NCBI RefSeq assembly: GCF_009834535.1
Contig: NC_045698.1
Coordinates: 9,178,001-9,242,000, forward strand
Origin: Camelus ferus
Lineage: Eukaryota
Direction: 5' to 3'
DNA length: 64,000 nt
Part shown: one piece after another, positions 51,040 to 64,000 of the stretch
Layout of the letters: every line of letters begins with the position of its first letter
How positions within the stretch are numbered: position 1 is the first letter of the stretch
Translations under genes and position numbers: made by a program
Notes under the pieces: model-generated
The model's input: the letters and a program-made list of their open reading frames with translations, nothing else
What the model was told of the DNA's origin: nothing
The model's database searches: none

Positions 51040-53713
51040 TTATTGTCACTTCGTGTGTCATTCATGTTGCATCAGCTTTCTAATCTTGCTCCGTATCTCT
51101 CCAAACTACATAACTTGCTTTCTTGTTCCATTGAATATCTTATTTCCTTATACACAAAAGTGTCAAAACCTCTTGAAATTTATCTGCCGTCATCATGGTC
51201 CCTCTATTTGGACCTATGGATGGCGTATGTCAACTCAATCTATGAACATTTGGACGCTAAGGAGATACATTCTCTAATTCTATTTGCTCTATTTCCAGTG
51301 TTTTTTTAAATCACAATTTAAATTACTTTAGGACAGGTAGTGTCCCTGTTTAAAACCTACACTTTCTAGGACTGGCAAATAACAAGCTCAGTGCATAGCT
51401 AGGGATCTTCCCAGTGGGCTACTTGGGGTCTGAAGTCAAGATCCACTTTTGACTACTCACCATAGATCACTGGTAGACTAGAAATCCGTCTGCAAGCAAC
51501 TTGGTATTTCTGTCCCTATACAGTTCGCAGATTTGAAATGAAAGATTAATTGAGATTTTTACATAGAAATCTAAGAATATTCATACTAAACATTACTGTC
51601 TTCAAGTTTGCAAAAGCTCCAGAAGAACTGTTTTTTTCAGATAATCTCCATAGATTTATTTAATGAAGCTTTCATTCTTAGTTACTTCAGTTATTGGAAT
51701 CCTTAAAAATGTGTTAAATTTGCATTTGTTACTATTTATTGTATTTTCAGAAAAATGATCAATGTTTTGAATATTAATTATAAGTAGATCATAGTTTAAT
51801 AGTTACATGGCCAGATTTCATGTTAATATTTCTGACGTCAGGTTGTGTATATATTTAATTGGAAATATTTTTTTCAGGTAGTGACAAATTTTACATTAAA
51901 TGCCATTTCAAAGTCAATGAAATAAAATATTATTTATCATTAAATTTTACTGAATGTACTACAAAGATAAACAGGGTTAAAATATGATAAAATGCAAATT
52001 TGTAACCATTGGACAACTGAACCTGCTACTGGAAAGATATTGATGAAGCAGAAAAATATGCAAATACTGTGTATATATAAAAAATGAATTTTTTTAGAAA
52101 AGTGACCCTAGGTCCTGTGATAAGTCTGAAATGATCGTAGGTCTTGTATAGGCAACCTCAATTTTGCATAACGCTCAAAGCTTCCCTCTCATTAATTTAT
52201 TGAATTGTCGTAAGATAAGAATTAAATTATAAGTTTTATTAGAAGCATTCAGCTTAGTAGCTAAAGAAGAGAAAGAGAAGAAAATTATGGGGCTATCATT
52301 CAAAGTTGCTCTCTCCTTTGTAAAAACTGGAAAAAGTCACAGTAGAGATGAAAAGTTATGACAGTTATTCTCAGACAAAAAGTAAAACCAAATTTGGGGG
52401 AAAATTCTTGTGTCTAATGACATGTATTGTTATTCTATGATATTAAAGTTATAAGGTAGAAAATATTATACCGTGCTTCAAGAAAAAAAGTTAGAGCTTG
52501 ATGGAACCCTCAATATGCAATGCTTGGTGTGGTGGTGGGAAGTACCTGAGGAACAGTATTTCTCAAATATTCTCTTTACAGAGAAAATCGAGATACAGGA
52601 TTTTGTGAACTGGGACGCAGAGAATACTCATTTATGTACTGAAACACCAGAGGTAAATATAGCAATAAAAGTCACTATGAGGAGAAAAAATGCATTTATG
52701 TCTACATGTCAAATCACACACTATGTTATGTACATTCAATAGCTAATCATCAATAATTTGGCCCTGATCTTGATTTATTTTTGAAAAATGTCAATCACAG
52801 TACTTGATTATATATTATTTCAATGTGCCATAAAAATAAAGAAATAAAGACAGAGAAAGGGGACAATCAATGAACAACTGTTTTCCTCACTCTGAAGTCT
52901 ACTACTTGTCAAAATTCATACATGAGTTTTGAAATGATGGTTGAAATACTGTTTGCATTTTACTGAGTTTCTCAGTATCAGTAACTACCATTTATGTAAT
53001 TTCAACTATATTCCAAAGGCATCAAATCTGGTATACATCAGAGTTACATATTAGTATCTTGAGGGATCTAATATACCAATTTAAGTCAGAGAAAACTTCA
53101 AGACAACTTAAGGACAAATTGTGACCCACAAGGCTAGATTTCCTAGGATTTCAATTCTTTCTAAAATTGCTGATCTCTTAAACATATCAGATCTTTTAAA
53201 ATGATTAGAAATTATTGGCATAATTAAAGTTTCTTAAAATATTTAGTTGAATATTAATAATAACTTTATAGAATCAAATGCAGTCAAATTGTGTTAGAAA
53301 TTCAGTCCTTGATTTTCTGTTTTCTCCCAATTTGAAGATGTGGTCCATATTTTGAAAGTTATTTGATTGTTTCCAGAGTATCCATTGGTATCTTTCAAGG
53401 GGTCTTTAGCAAGAAAAATCTATGTGGTTCTTGGGTCCATGTTATGTTTATCTTTTTACTCAGGGCTCTGTAGTTTTCAGGTCTCTATATCCATTCTCCT
53501 TGGTGACTATGCTGTTCTTAGATTTCAAAGTTACGGCATCTTAATACCATTTAATTTTTACAAGAACAATTTGTAACTCATAGAAGGGGGACAGAGGTAT
53601 TTACATTCAACTTAGAGGAGGTTATGCCAGGCACTTATGGCAAAAGCAAAGGGCTCTGGACGTTTGAAGGGAGTGATCATGTGTTATGGGATAAGAGGAG
53701 ATCACTGTTGAGA

Positions 53714-53890
53714 GCAGAGGTCCTCAGATGTAATCTGTGAGCTAGCAGCATCGATATCATCTAGGGACTTCTAGAAAAATAAATTCTAGGTCCCATTTAG
53801 AACAACTGAACCAGAGCCCTGGTGGCAAGGTCAGCAATCTGTTTTAACAGGCCCTCGTGGTAATCCTGAGGCATGCCAAAGTCTGTCTGC
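53714..53890. mobile_element. MER5A hAT MITE
   Basis: CAGAGGTCCTCAGATGT..AGCAGCATCGATATCATCTAGGGACTTCTAGAAA..AACTGAACCAGAG..CAGCAATCTGTTTTAACAGGCCCTC..GGTAATCCTGAGGCATGCCAAAGTCTG. Confidence 0.8.
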
Positions 53891-54589
53891 ATAAGTTTAT
53901 CTATAAAGACAGTGGATAATATTAAGAGAATGAGACTCTGAAGTCAAGATTTTTACCACCTATATATTAGGCCCACAGAAATGCATGGTTGATACAGAAT
54001 AAGTGAAAAATTCTAGAAAATGAGGAGGTCGAGAAATAGATTGTCAGACAGATTATATGTGTGACTCATCAATTCACCAAAATCACCGTGAAAGTTCTAC
54101 TGGAGAGAAACTCAGCAAGTCAGTAGCAAATATTTTCAATAAATCTGGAATAACTGGGACTAAAGGATGCTTCAATGGATCTAGTGTTTTTAGAAAATAA
54201 GACAGGAGTAATATTCTCAAGCAACAAAAATGAGCAATGGACACATCTATCCCACCTCCAGACATCATGTTACATTGGGTGGAATGAAAACTAAAAACAA
54301 AAGCAAAAAACAACAACAACAAAAAAACCCCAGCTCTGAATGGACAAGTCAGTGGGAGAGAAGTGACTGAACGTAGTAGACATTCCATCTCTTTGTGAAA
54401 TATATAGTTGTTTTTTTTTTCCTTTAGGGAAGTTTTTATTTTAGAAAATAAAATATTTGCCACCTGGAGGAAAGCATGTCCAGGAATCAAAATAGGAACT
54501 TTTCATGAAGTTGCTGTACAGTAGAAAGAAGGAAACAAAAAAACCCAAAGCATGAATTAAAATATTTACTAATTACACGTTGCCATAGA

Positions 54590-54917
54590 TCAGCCTATTA
54601 CTTCATAGAGAGCTTCACTCAGTTTTCACATAATCAGAGATTCCTTTTTTGACCTGATATCTAACAAATATGTTTTACAACCCTGTCAATCTCTTATTTT
54701 CTCGATCACTTATCATCCAGATTTATTTTGTACTCATACCATTTGCAGGTACCCTGCGTGACAATACACATTTATTTATTTGTTTGTACTGTCAACTCAA
54801 ACATGGAATGTTTTATGCGGTTTTGGACTTTGTCTTTTTGTTCACTATCATTAATTCTGAGAATAGTTTCTGCTACATGCTTAGCCCTTGGTTATTTTTG
54901 TTGGATTAATGAATGAA
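54590..54917 (+). mobile_element. L2 3' end
   Basis: GGACTTTGTCTTTTTGTTCACTA..TATTTTTGTTGGATTAATGAATGAA (L2 TGAA tail). Confidence 0.7.
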
Positions 54918-56349
54918 CACATTAATGACTGGTGTTGCTGCTGGAGTGATACGTCTTTCGTTAGATAGCAGGGCATATTTACTTTCACATCGGAAGCCAC
55001 TGGAGCTGGCAATTATATCTAAGTTCTATCCACTGCAGTATTTTAAAACATTCTCTGGGGAAATGCTATGCCACTCTCATTAGATCATCAAAGAGATGTG
55101 TGAGGAGAAGAAAAGAACCATTGTTTAGGGAAAATAAATTTAAAAACAGAGCAATGTCCTTAAAATCATGTTTATACATATATATACATATCATATATAC
55201 ATATATAAACCATAAAGGTAAACATATATATACATGCATAGAATATTGTTAAAGGTGGTTACCTCAGATGATGAGATATCATTTGGTTTTTATGTTTAAT
55301 AAATCATAAAATAGTACCGTGTATAAATGATACAATTTTACATGTTTTACTGTCATGTTTATTACCATGGCTTGCTTTTTTACTCAGCAATATGACAGAG
55401 ACATAATTCCATGCATGACAATAAATATGGACTAAGTTTATCCTATTCAACGGCTCCATATTACAATGCTTGTTTCTATCATAATACCGTTAACTAATAT
55501 TAAGTGCTAGATGCCTAACTTGTTTCCAAAACCATACAATAAACAATGCAAAAGTCTATACAGTTGAATGATTTTCTATTTGTGATAAATTCTGTCATGA
55601 CCAAAAGCCTCCAAAATAGTGTACAAAATTTCATTTTCTGCTCTTTTTACATCACCACAATTTCTGAGTTTATTATTTTAATAACTTTTACTATGAGAAA
55701 TAAAGCAGAGCCGAAATGAAGATTTGGAGATGTTCAGACTTGTGTGAGGTTTAATGGGAATTCAGTCATAGCTGCTGTTCTAAACAACCCTGAAATACAA
55801 GAGCCATAGAACACAGAATCCACTGAATGCGATATTTGGCTGATGACAGTAGATCAAGGTCAGTCACTGCGATGAAAGCTATTTTATGCAAAGAAGATAA
55901 AAATGTAAATACATTCGACATCTGTATTAATGCTACTGACTTGATAAGTGTCTCAGGAAAATTTATTTTCCTCACTGCTAAATCAGAGTTGATCACTTAG
56001 CTGAGGCTCACGGTGAAGATAACATAAGAAAACAAATACCAACTGCAGATTCTGCAAAGTAAACAGATATTCAATGGATTTTCACTCTTATGCCCACTGC
56101 ACTCTCACTTTTGTAATAAAAAGAAAAATATAATCATTTTGGGTCAGATAATCTGTTTTTTAGGATAAAATAATAATTGGAGCATAATACAAAGATGTTT
56201 AGATTATTAGTCTTGGCAGAATTAGAACTAATTTTTTTTAATTAAAAAAAAAAAACAACTAAGTTAAATCAGTCACTTCCTAAGTTAAGCTCACTTTGAG
56301 AATGAGTCTTCAGAGTTTGACCATTGCTAATATCTCCAGGGTGTTATAA

Positions 56350-56700
56350 CTTAGGGTATGTGGCTAACTTTATTTATTCATGCTGTCCTTTGCTGGAACT
56401 ATCAGCCACATTGCCAGGTTCATTCTAAGATAAGTTCACCTGAAGACTGCAGGGTGGCCACCTGTCGTAATCAAGGAACACAACTTGAGGCAAGCCATGA
56501 CAGCCTGACCTCCCAAATGTCTTTCCTTGTAAGAAAGACTTTCCCCAACATGCCAAGCAAACATTGTCTGTCGATGGCTAGGTCTGTGGTATATGCCTAT
56601 TCATGACCAAATTCCTAGCAAAATGGTTTTGTCATTAGAACAGTCGTAACCCTTCCTGAGACATGAAGTTTCCCTTATTGTCCTAAACTCCTTGAAAGTC
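56350..56700 (-). mobile_element. Old MaLR LTR remnant (MLT1K/L-like)
   Basis: CTTTCCCCAACATGCCAAGCAAAC..ATGGCTAGGTCTG..TATGCCTATTCATGACCAAATTCCTAGCAA. Confidence 0.4.
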
Positions 56701-57217
56701 CTCCAAACACATACCAATAATGAGTTGGCTCATTGCTTTATTTCCATGAAATCAGAATTTAACATCTGAGAAAAAGACCCCAGATGCTGGTTTTAAAATG
56801 CAGTTTAAGCAGAGCAGCACCCTAATTCCAGAGTGCAGATCTGAAAAGAGAACCATCTTTTCAGGCATACACTTCCATGGCAGGGCTGCAGGGAATGAAT
56901 AGTGCTTTTATTGTCTCTGTGAACCATTTAAGTTTTTCCTGTAGCTGAAGGAATATGCTGTTATTAAACTGTTCTCTCTGCATCAGTTTTATTAAACTAA
57001 AACTATATAAAATTATAAGGGAAAATGATAATGGGGTAAAAAATAAACAGATGGTATCACTGAGTGCAGCAGATATTTCAAAGTGTTGCTAGATACATGG
57101 GCAATAAAATCTATGATCACCTGAGTTAATTTTGCATGTTAATTGTCAGTGAAATAAATATTATTTGATCCATTCCTGGGAAATAATCAAAAAGTATTTC
57201 CTAAGATTTGTGCTGCG

Positions 57218-57219
<2 letters not shown>

Positions 57220-57263
<44 letters not shown>
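57220..57263. repeat. (AC)22 microsatellite
   Basis: Perfect dinucleotide run. Confidence 0.99.
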
Positions 57264-57265
<2 letters not shown>

Positions 57266-60200
57266 GACTACAATTGAATTTGTTTTATTTCTTTCATAAA
57301 CCTAAGATAAGAATGATGTATTTGGTCATAACTTTACTTCAGAGAAAATTTGCTAAAGTGAAATGAATGTCAGTCATGCGATTTATATGATTCCTGATCA
57401 CACGTGTGCATGTGAAACACAAAACTTTAGGGCAGGCCATGATTTTACACGGGAATTCCACAGCATATACTAGTTGGTATCTTAAGAATCCTTTAAAGCC
57501 TTCTTATAAATATTAACTTATTGTTCAGTGACTAATATATCTAGAAAAAAGCTAGACATTTTTATCTTCAAATTATTGTGAGAAACATCAATTTTAATTT
57601 AAGAATGGATTTAGGGAAACGATGCAGTGTTAGAGACATTTTAAATTGAAAATAAAGAGCAACAAAGAGAAACAAAATACATTTTTAAATGTCAAAAACA
57701 GATTGTGAATAAGTTAGAACTGGTAAAACAACTGTTTTATTTTCCAGTATTTTAATAGGACTTTTAATGGGTTTTGATCCATTGAATTTCTTCTCATCTC
57801 TAGTGGAGGTTTTTGTTTTGTTTTTGTTTTCACTTTGCCGGAATTCATGGACTCAGAAAGAGAGCAAATGGAAACCTTTCTTGTATCTCATTATTTCATT
57901 ATTTTCACCCAAATCCTGAGGAGTGCAGTAGAGCATGGTGGAAGGGAAAGGGTGGTGGCCATGTCCACCCAACCATATTTGCTTCCTATGACTTGACACC
58001 ATGCCAGGGTGTTCTAACAGATGAAGAATGCTGGCCCAACTCTAAGTCCCAGGACTCTCTGCTACAATGCCTATCAGTGAACATCTTAGATGCCATAGGA
58101 CCAGCTCTCCTGCTATTTTAGAACTTCACAAAGATTGTATTTCCAGTTGGTGGAAAAGTTAAACGAAAGAATAAAGTTGTGATTTCAGTGAAGTGTGGAG
58201 GGCCCCACAGCTTGCCAACCCCTCATCTGGGAATAACACATTTATATATAGTACAATTACTTGCTATAATTACAACCAAGTATTAGTTGAAAATACCTCA
58301 AACTGTAACATATAGAGACAGTGAAATATATGGTCCAACCACAGACCAGAGTTTTAGTCAGAAATCTGAAGTCCAGGAGCAATAGAATCAAGTTGAAATG
58401 TTAGGAATTTTGCACTATAGTTCAAAGGTTGTCTACATAGAGAAACAGAGGACCATTTAACATTCTTCCCTTGCTTTGTATAGTTTCTTCTTGTGAGGAG
58501 GGAGAAGAGTGACTACATAAAAATTCCTATATTAATAATGTTGTCCCAAACATATGAATGAAGACTTAACACATTTAAATGTTTTACCCTGATAAATATT
58601 ATGGATATTTGAGTTTCAACATGGAGCAGTGATAGTCAAATGACAATATAATGTCTCAAAGAGGTAAATAACGGTGCAATGATCTTTCTTTCAACTATCT
58701 TCTCTCACATTAGCCAGAAAAATGCAGTTTCTATGAATCATAGGATGGAAAAAAATAGATAAGAAAATGAGTAAAATTTGCATTTTAGGTAAAAAATTTC
58801 TGTGTTGCCTATTTATTGGATATTAGGGTTGAAACATTATTAATTTTTATCCCTACAGCTCAGTAAGGGTAATTAAAGTCATAAGAATATACATAAAATA
58901 TTCACTTGAATAACATATTAAGTCGTAAGTTCATTGTTCCAAAGCAGAAGACTTAAAATGTAGTTTTTACACACATATTGAGGCCTGACCAATGAACCAA
59001 ATCAAAGAGCTAATGAGCTGAGTAATCTTAAGAGGGATTAATTAGGTTGGTAATTATACATTATGAATTGAGAAATTAAAAAGCAATAAATTATTTTGGT
59101 AGCAGATAATAGCGGTTGACAACTTGTCATAAATTCTCATAGTATTTATGATAATAACATTAATCATGCACAGCTGTTCTGCTTTTTGGGTAGTTATAAG
59201 AGTAGTTCCATAGAATTTTACTCAAAAACAATATGTTCCGTTCTCAAGAGGGGAGCTGAATGTGTAATACTAAGAAATATAAGATTAGCTTTTCATCTGC
59301 TCATAAATTAGTTTCAAAAAGAGGAGACATTTTTCTAGGTGATGCCTTAAATAAATCTCTGAGAAACTGCAATACTAATGTGAGTAGTACAGAACTCAAT
59401 TTACCTTATTATTTAGCAATACATATCAGTTTTATTAGCAGAGAAGATCACAGTGTGAACTGTGAATTCCAGTGTTGTCCAACTCTGAGAAACAATATAA
59501 CGTTCACTTTAACCAAAAGAATTACACAATTGCGTTGTAAGGTTAATTATATATTTGGATTAGGCAGTTTTTTCCCCCTATTTAATATTTCTGCCTTAGC
59601 ACACAGGCAGCCACTCACTCCCCAAATACTGGATTATTGGGGGGCACACGTCTAATGCTTCTTTCTCTTATGCTCAGTCTTTGTTTCCCCCTTAAATTAT
59701 GCTCTTTAAATGGGTGGATAAAATTCACGCCCCTACGGCCTCTGCTTACACTATGTTACGCACCATGTTTTCACACTGAGCTAGATTATAACGTTGATTG
59801 GGGAGATTTCTAACTTTGGATACGGTCTGAAGAATTTTCAATTACTTGCTTGCTTCTTAAAATTCAGATAAAACTTATTTGTGAAATCCTCTGATACAGG
59901 TGCATTTTAGAATGCTAATTTTTTTTTTTTTTTTTTGCCAAATGATATGTAGTACAGAGGATTCACTGCAGTGATTTATATTTTACAAAAAAAAATTTCC
60001 TGTTATCTCCAAGTTCCAACATGTCATAGGATTAGATAATAATTGTTAGTGGTAATATGTGTGTTTGTGGTAAATCTCTTTCAACATTGTTAATTTTGCA
60101 CATTTTTGCACTCTCTCTTACACCAGACAAATCAGTAATTTATCTAATAAATAATTGGAATTTTTAAAGAAACGGGTTATTATTTGTCCATTCTACTATG

Positions 60201-60559
60201 CTTTGTGTGGCTCATTAACTTCACTATTTACCTTTATTAGTTAGTTTCTTTTGGTTTACACTGTTGTGCTTTTTTCTAATTTCCTAATACAAGTACTTTT
60301 TTTTTTAGTTCTCATAACTAGCCATTTCTTATACAATAAAATAAGATTGGCATACTTGAATTGTTAAGTTTATTTTTCTGAAATCTTATGTTAAAATTGG
60401 GAATTGCATTAAATGAACTATGTGGCTCCTTTAAAAAAGGAAATGATTTTTAAAAGGTAAAGACAGTGGGAGGCATCCAACAGCAGATAGAAGTCAGCAG
60501 CGAGTTTGTTACCATAAAGATGCAACCGCAAGGAGAATTAGGATTTTGAGGTTTCCAAC

Positions 60560-61590
60560 CTGAGAACTCTAGCCAAGCTTTTTTTCTAAAACTGTGGAAA
60601 ACAACAGTGGAAATCACAGCTTCCGTCATTCAAGGTGCCAGAAATCAGGGTTTATGTGGGGGAATTTAAAGAAGGAAATTCTGGTAGCAAGGATATCACA
60701 GAACACCACAAATTTTGAGCATACACTCTACAAATCTCTTGCTATTATGAATTGTGCATAATTAGGGAGACCCTTGGGCCCAACAGAATAAGGAGAGACT
60801 TGGAGCTCCAAAGACAGAGCATGGGTTAAGATCAGTGAGATTTTTGCTTTTATGACTGAGTGCACCCCAAAGTCTGCAGCTCAGAAAGCAAACAAGCAGA
60901 AGCTCTCTGGTTTTATCATGTCAGATGACAGAATCTGAAGCTGGTGGACAGCTGTAAATTACACAGGAATCAGGGAGATGCCCCAGAGGGATGGGATAAA
61001 ACATCAATGGTGGGAAACCATAGCAACACCGTGTGTGTGTGTGTGTGTGTGTGTGTGCACGCGCGCGCGCGCGCGCGCGCGTGTGTGTGTTTCTGTGGAA
61101 TGCAAGGATGAAAAATTTTGCTGTTTAAGTCCAGGAAAATTAACTACCATCTAAAACAGAGGTTGCTAAAGTGTATATTCAACAAAGTCCAATTTTCAAC
61201 ACAAAATTATTAGACATGCATGGGGAAAAAATAGGATAATGAGACATAAATTGAAGAAAAGAGGAAGATAATGAAAACGGAGTCTGAGTAGGTCCAGGCA
61301 TTGGATTTAGCAGAGAAAGACTTCAAAACATATATTTAAAGAATTAAAGGAAAATACACTTTAAAATAAAGGAAAATATGGATTCAGAAAAGGAATATCA
61401 AAAGGAAAGTTGAAATAATTTTAAAATGATAAAGCTGAAAGTAGAATAACTAAAATTAAAAACATACTATTTAGGCTCATAGCAGATTGGAGATTAAAAA
61501 AATATAATGTGTAACCTTAAAGACAGACTTAAAGGAGCTACTCTCCCTGAAGAACAAAAAGAGGAAGATTGGAGAAATAAAGACAGATTT
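60560..61590 (+). mobile_element. Ancient L1 5' region and ORF1 start remnant
   Basis: CAAAATTATTAGACATGCA..TTGGATTTAGCAGAGAAAGACTTCAAAACA..TTTAAAGAATTAAAGGAAAATA..GGCTCATAGCAGATTGGAGA..AACCTTAAAGACAGA resembles old L1M ORF1. Confidence 0.65.
61031..61090. repeat. Compound (GT)13-GCAC-(GC)10-(GT)5 microsatellite
   Basis: 60 bp of unbroken purine/pyrimidine alternation, read directly. Confidence 0.98.
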
Positions 61591-62470
61591 CCATTTCCAA
61601 CAGAATGTGATGACAGGAACTAGATTTACCCTTCTTCTTTAAACAACTAGAAAACCAAATAAAATACACAAAATGACGATTTTCAGATATTGCACAAGCA
61701 AAAGCATAGGATAGTGATTGTTGAAAGGATTGTCCTAGACTGCTATCTAAAAAAGAGTTTCCTGACCTCAGCACGCAGCCGACCAAAAGGGCTTTGTGTT
61801 CTTGCTGATTTGAATAGAGTTTATTCACAGTCCAGATCAAATTGGCTCAATTTTTAGCCCAGAGTAGAGAGGATGGAGCCATAGTGGGGAAAATAATCAG
61901 AGATCGCTGCAGGAGGTCCTTAGGCTCTTTGACTGAGAACTGATCAGTACATACGTGGGAAGAAACTCTGGAGAGTCACGAGGAGGAATTGTGATGAACT
62001 GAGTAGTTCCTACAGATCACACAGGGCTGGGGATATTCTGACACTCAGCAAGAAGAGGAGAATAAGCTTTCTAGTAATTTGTGTATTGTGTAAACTCTTC
62101 AGAAAGTTAATAGCTAAATTCTAGCCTAAAATCTGCTTCAGACTTGCCCTAAAAAAAACTTTTTTAGCTTCAGAAGTGATAACAGTTATCCCAAGTAATT
62201 TACACACCAGAATGGCCCCAAATGAGGAACGTAAATGACCAGTTTTAGAAACACACAGCACAAGCACATTAACACCAAATGAAGCATAAAAAAGGAAGTA
62301 AGTGTAAGTGCAGAAACCAATGAAGTATAAAACAGAAAAATAGTAGGAAAAAACCAGAGATATCAAAAGATCACTAGAAAAAAATCAATAACAATAAACA
62401 TCTAGCCAGACTGATCAGAAAAAACGAGAGAAGAAACTTATCATCAATACCGAGAATGTAAGAGGGCATG
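61590..62470 (+). mobile_element. Second old L1 5' end followed by an ORF2 (post-endonuclease) fragment
   Basis: GGAACTAGATTTACCCTTC..AACAACTAGAAAACC..TTTTCAGATATTG; then GCAGAAACCAATGAAGTATAAAACAGAAAAA..AAACATCTAGCCAGACTGATCAGAAAAAACGAGAGAAG (KPLARLI-like). Confidence 0.6.
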
Positions 62471-62956
62471 TCTCTTCTTAGGCACAGTTCACACCTTCGC
62501 ATATGCATTCTGCTTTGTCTCATATCAAGGTTGTGACCCATGATGGCTTTTTGTTTCCATTTACCTGGTTAATGCTATTCTTCATTCCTTTATTTTGCAC
62601 TGAAATCACTGAACCACTTTATTTTAGGTGTGCCTCTTGTTAACAGTATATAGTTATTTGCCACCTTTTTTTTTTTTTTTTTTTGGTGAGGTGTCTACTG
62701 AGGTCTTTAACTCATTTTTTAATCTGGCTGATTTCGCATTGTTCAGTTTTAAGAATTCTTTGTATATTTACAATAATAGTCCTTTATCTCTTGTGTCTTT
62801 TGCAAATATTTGCTCCTGGTCTATGATTCACCATTTCACTCTCGTGATAATACCCTATAAGCACATCAGACGTTTTGAGTTTTAATGAAGTCCAGTTATC
62901 TGTTATTTCTTTCATGGTACTGCCTATGATGTTGCATGTAAAAAATCATCACTGTA

Positions 62957-63205
62957 TTGACTGATGCCCTTATCAGGAAAGGAAGAGACACCAGGAATGC
63001 CCATGCAGAGAGGAAAGCCATGTAAAGCCACAGCAAGAAGGTAGCTTAACATCACAAGTTAAAGGCGGAGGCCTCAGGAGAATTCAAATCTGCCAAGATT
63101 TTGTTCTTGGACTTTCAGCATTCAGACCTGTGAGAAAATACACTTCTGTGTTTAAGCCACTCAGACTATGACATTTGGTTAGGGTAGCGCTAGCAGACTC
63201 ATACA
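62957..63205 (+). mobile_element. MLT1A/B-like LTR, 3' portion
   Basis: GACTGATGCCCTTATCAGGAAAGGAAGAGACACCAGG..GAGGCCTCAGGAGAA..CTTGGACTTTCAGC..CTGTGAGAAAATA..TTTAAGCCACTCAG..GCAGACTCATACA. Confidence 0.88.
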
Positions 63206-63264
63206 ACTCCTATTATTTCTCCTAAGAGTTGTTTAATTTAGCTCTTACATTACGATCCATTTTG

Positions 63265-63430
63265 TTTGAAGTATAGTCAGTTTACAATGTTGTGTCAGTT
63301 TCTGGTGTACAGCACAACACTTCAGTCATACAGGAACATACATATATTCGTTTTCATATTCTTTTTAGCCATAAGCTACTACAAGATATTGAATATAGTT
63401 CCCTATGCTATACAGTATAAACTTGCTGTT
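63265..63430 (-). mobile_element. Young short L1 3' end insertion with 17-bp TSD
   Basis: TTGAAGTATAGTCAGTTTACAATGTTGTGTCAGTTTCTGGTGTACAG..TTGAATATAGTTCCCTATGCTATACAGTA; TSD CATTACGATCCATTTTG (63248-63264) and CATTATGATTCATTTTG (63431-63447). Confidence 0.9.
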
Positions 63431-64000
63431 CATTATGATTCATTTTGAGTTAATTTTTCTACAAGATATGAGGGCTAGTGAAGGTTCTTTTTTTTTTTAA
63501 ATGGGTATCTGGTTGTTCCAGCATCACTCATTTAGTAGTCAGATCTTTCCTCACTTAAATATTGCAACACTTATCAAAAATCAATTGACCATACATTAAG
63601 GGTTTATTTCTGGACCCCCTCCCCCCCCAATTCTAAGCCATTAATCTCTGCGTCTATTCTTATCACAATGTATTCATTCCTGCGGTTTTAGGTAAATTTT
63701 GATATTGGAAAATGTGAGTACACCAATTTTTTCCTCTTTTTTTTTTTTTATACTTTTTCATCAATATTGTTTTGCCTTCTGATCCATTTAAATTTATATG
63801 AATTTTAGAATCAGTTTGTCAATTTATCCAAAAAGGGCAGCTGGCATTTTCATGGGGAGCTTGTTGAATCTGTAAATCACTTTGAGTGGTCCTGTCATCA
63901 TATGCATAACTCCTTTTACATGTAACTGCATAGGTGTTGCTAGAATTTTGTTGAGGATTTTGATGAGGTCTTAGTTTTCTTTCCTTGTGATGTGTTCATC

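Larger units (their letters stand above)
62520..64000 (-). mobile_element. Old L1 (L1MB/MC-like) ORF2 fragments hosting later insertions
   Basis: GGTGAGGTGTCT..AGTTTTAAGAATTCTTTGTATAT..TTTGCAAATATTT..TTAATGAAGTCCAG..ATGAATTTTAGAATCAGTTTGTCAATTT is antisense L1 ORF2. Confidence 0.85.

Noticed and set aside
50834..51309. ORFs of 147 and 116 aa with HT repeats
   Set aside because: They span the (AC)n microsatellite and show no recognisable domain.
51365..51580. Possible hAT (MER102/MER113-like) remnant
   Set aside because: Only short motif similarity, too weak to call.
1..64000. Prokaryote-style systems (CRISPR arrays, operons, defence loci) or intact endogenous viral ORFs
   Set aside because: The sequence is mammalian, with no regularly spaced repeat-spacer array and no long ORFs.

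Overview
AT-rich mammalian nuclear DNA, most likely camelid (camel/alpaca/llama), with the look of an intergenic region or a long intron. I recognise no protein-coding gene. The listed ORFs are short and are explained by L1 remnants, simple repeats or chance. Much of the window is transposable-element debris: old and young L1, L2, MIR, MaLR (MLT1) and ERVL (MLT2, LTR16-like) LTRs, hAT MITEs (MER58A, MER5A), two tRNA-Ala(AGC)-derived SINEs and several microsatellites. Repeat family names come from recalled consensus sequences, not a database search, and most boundaries are approximate. I found no convincing new biological system. The best leads are: a candidate + strand exon pair at 10972-11183 with one open, frame-symmetric 108-nt exon; a near-intact tRNA-Ala-like SINE with a Pol III terminator; a possible degenerate U3 snoRNA copy; a 60-bp Z-DNA-prone tract; and several repeat-poor blocks that may be regulatory.
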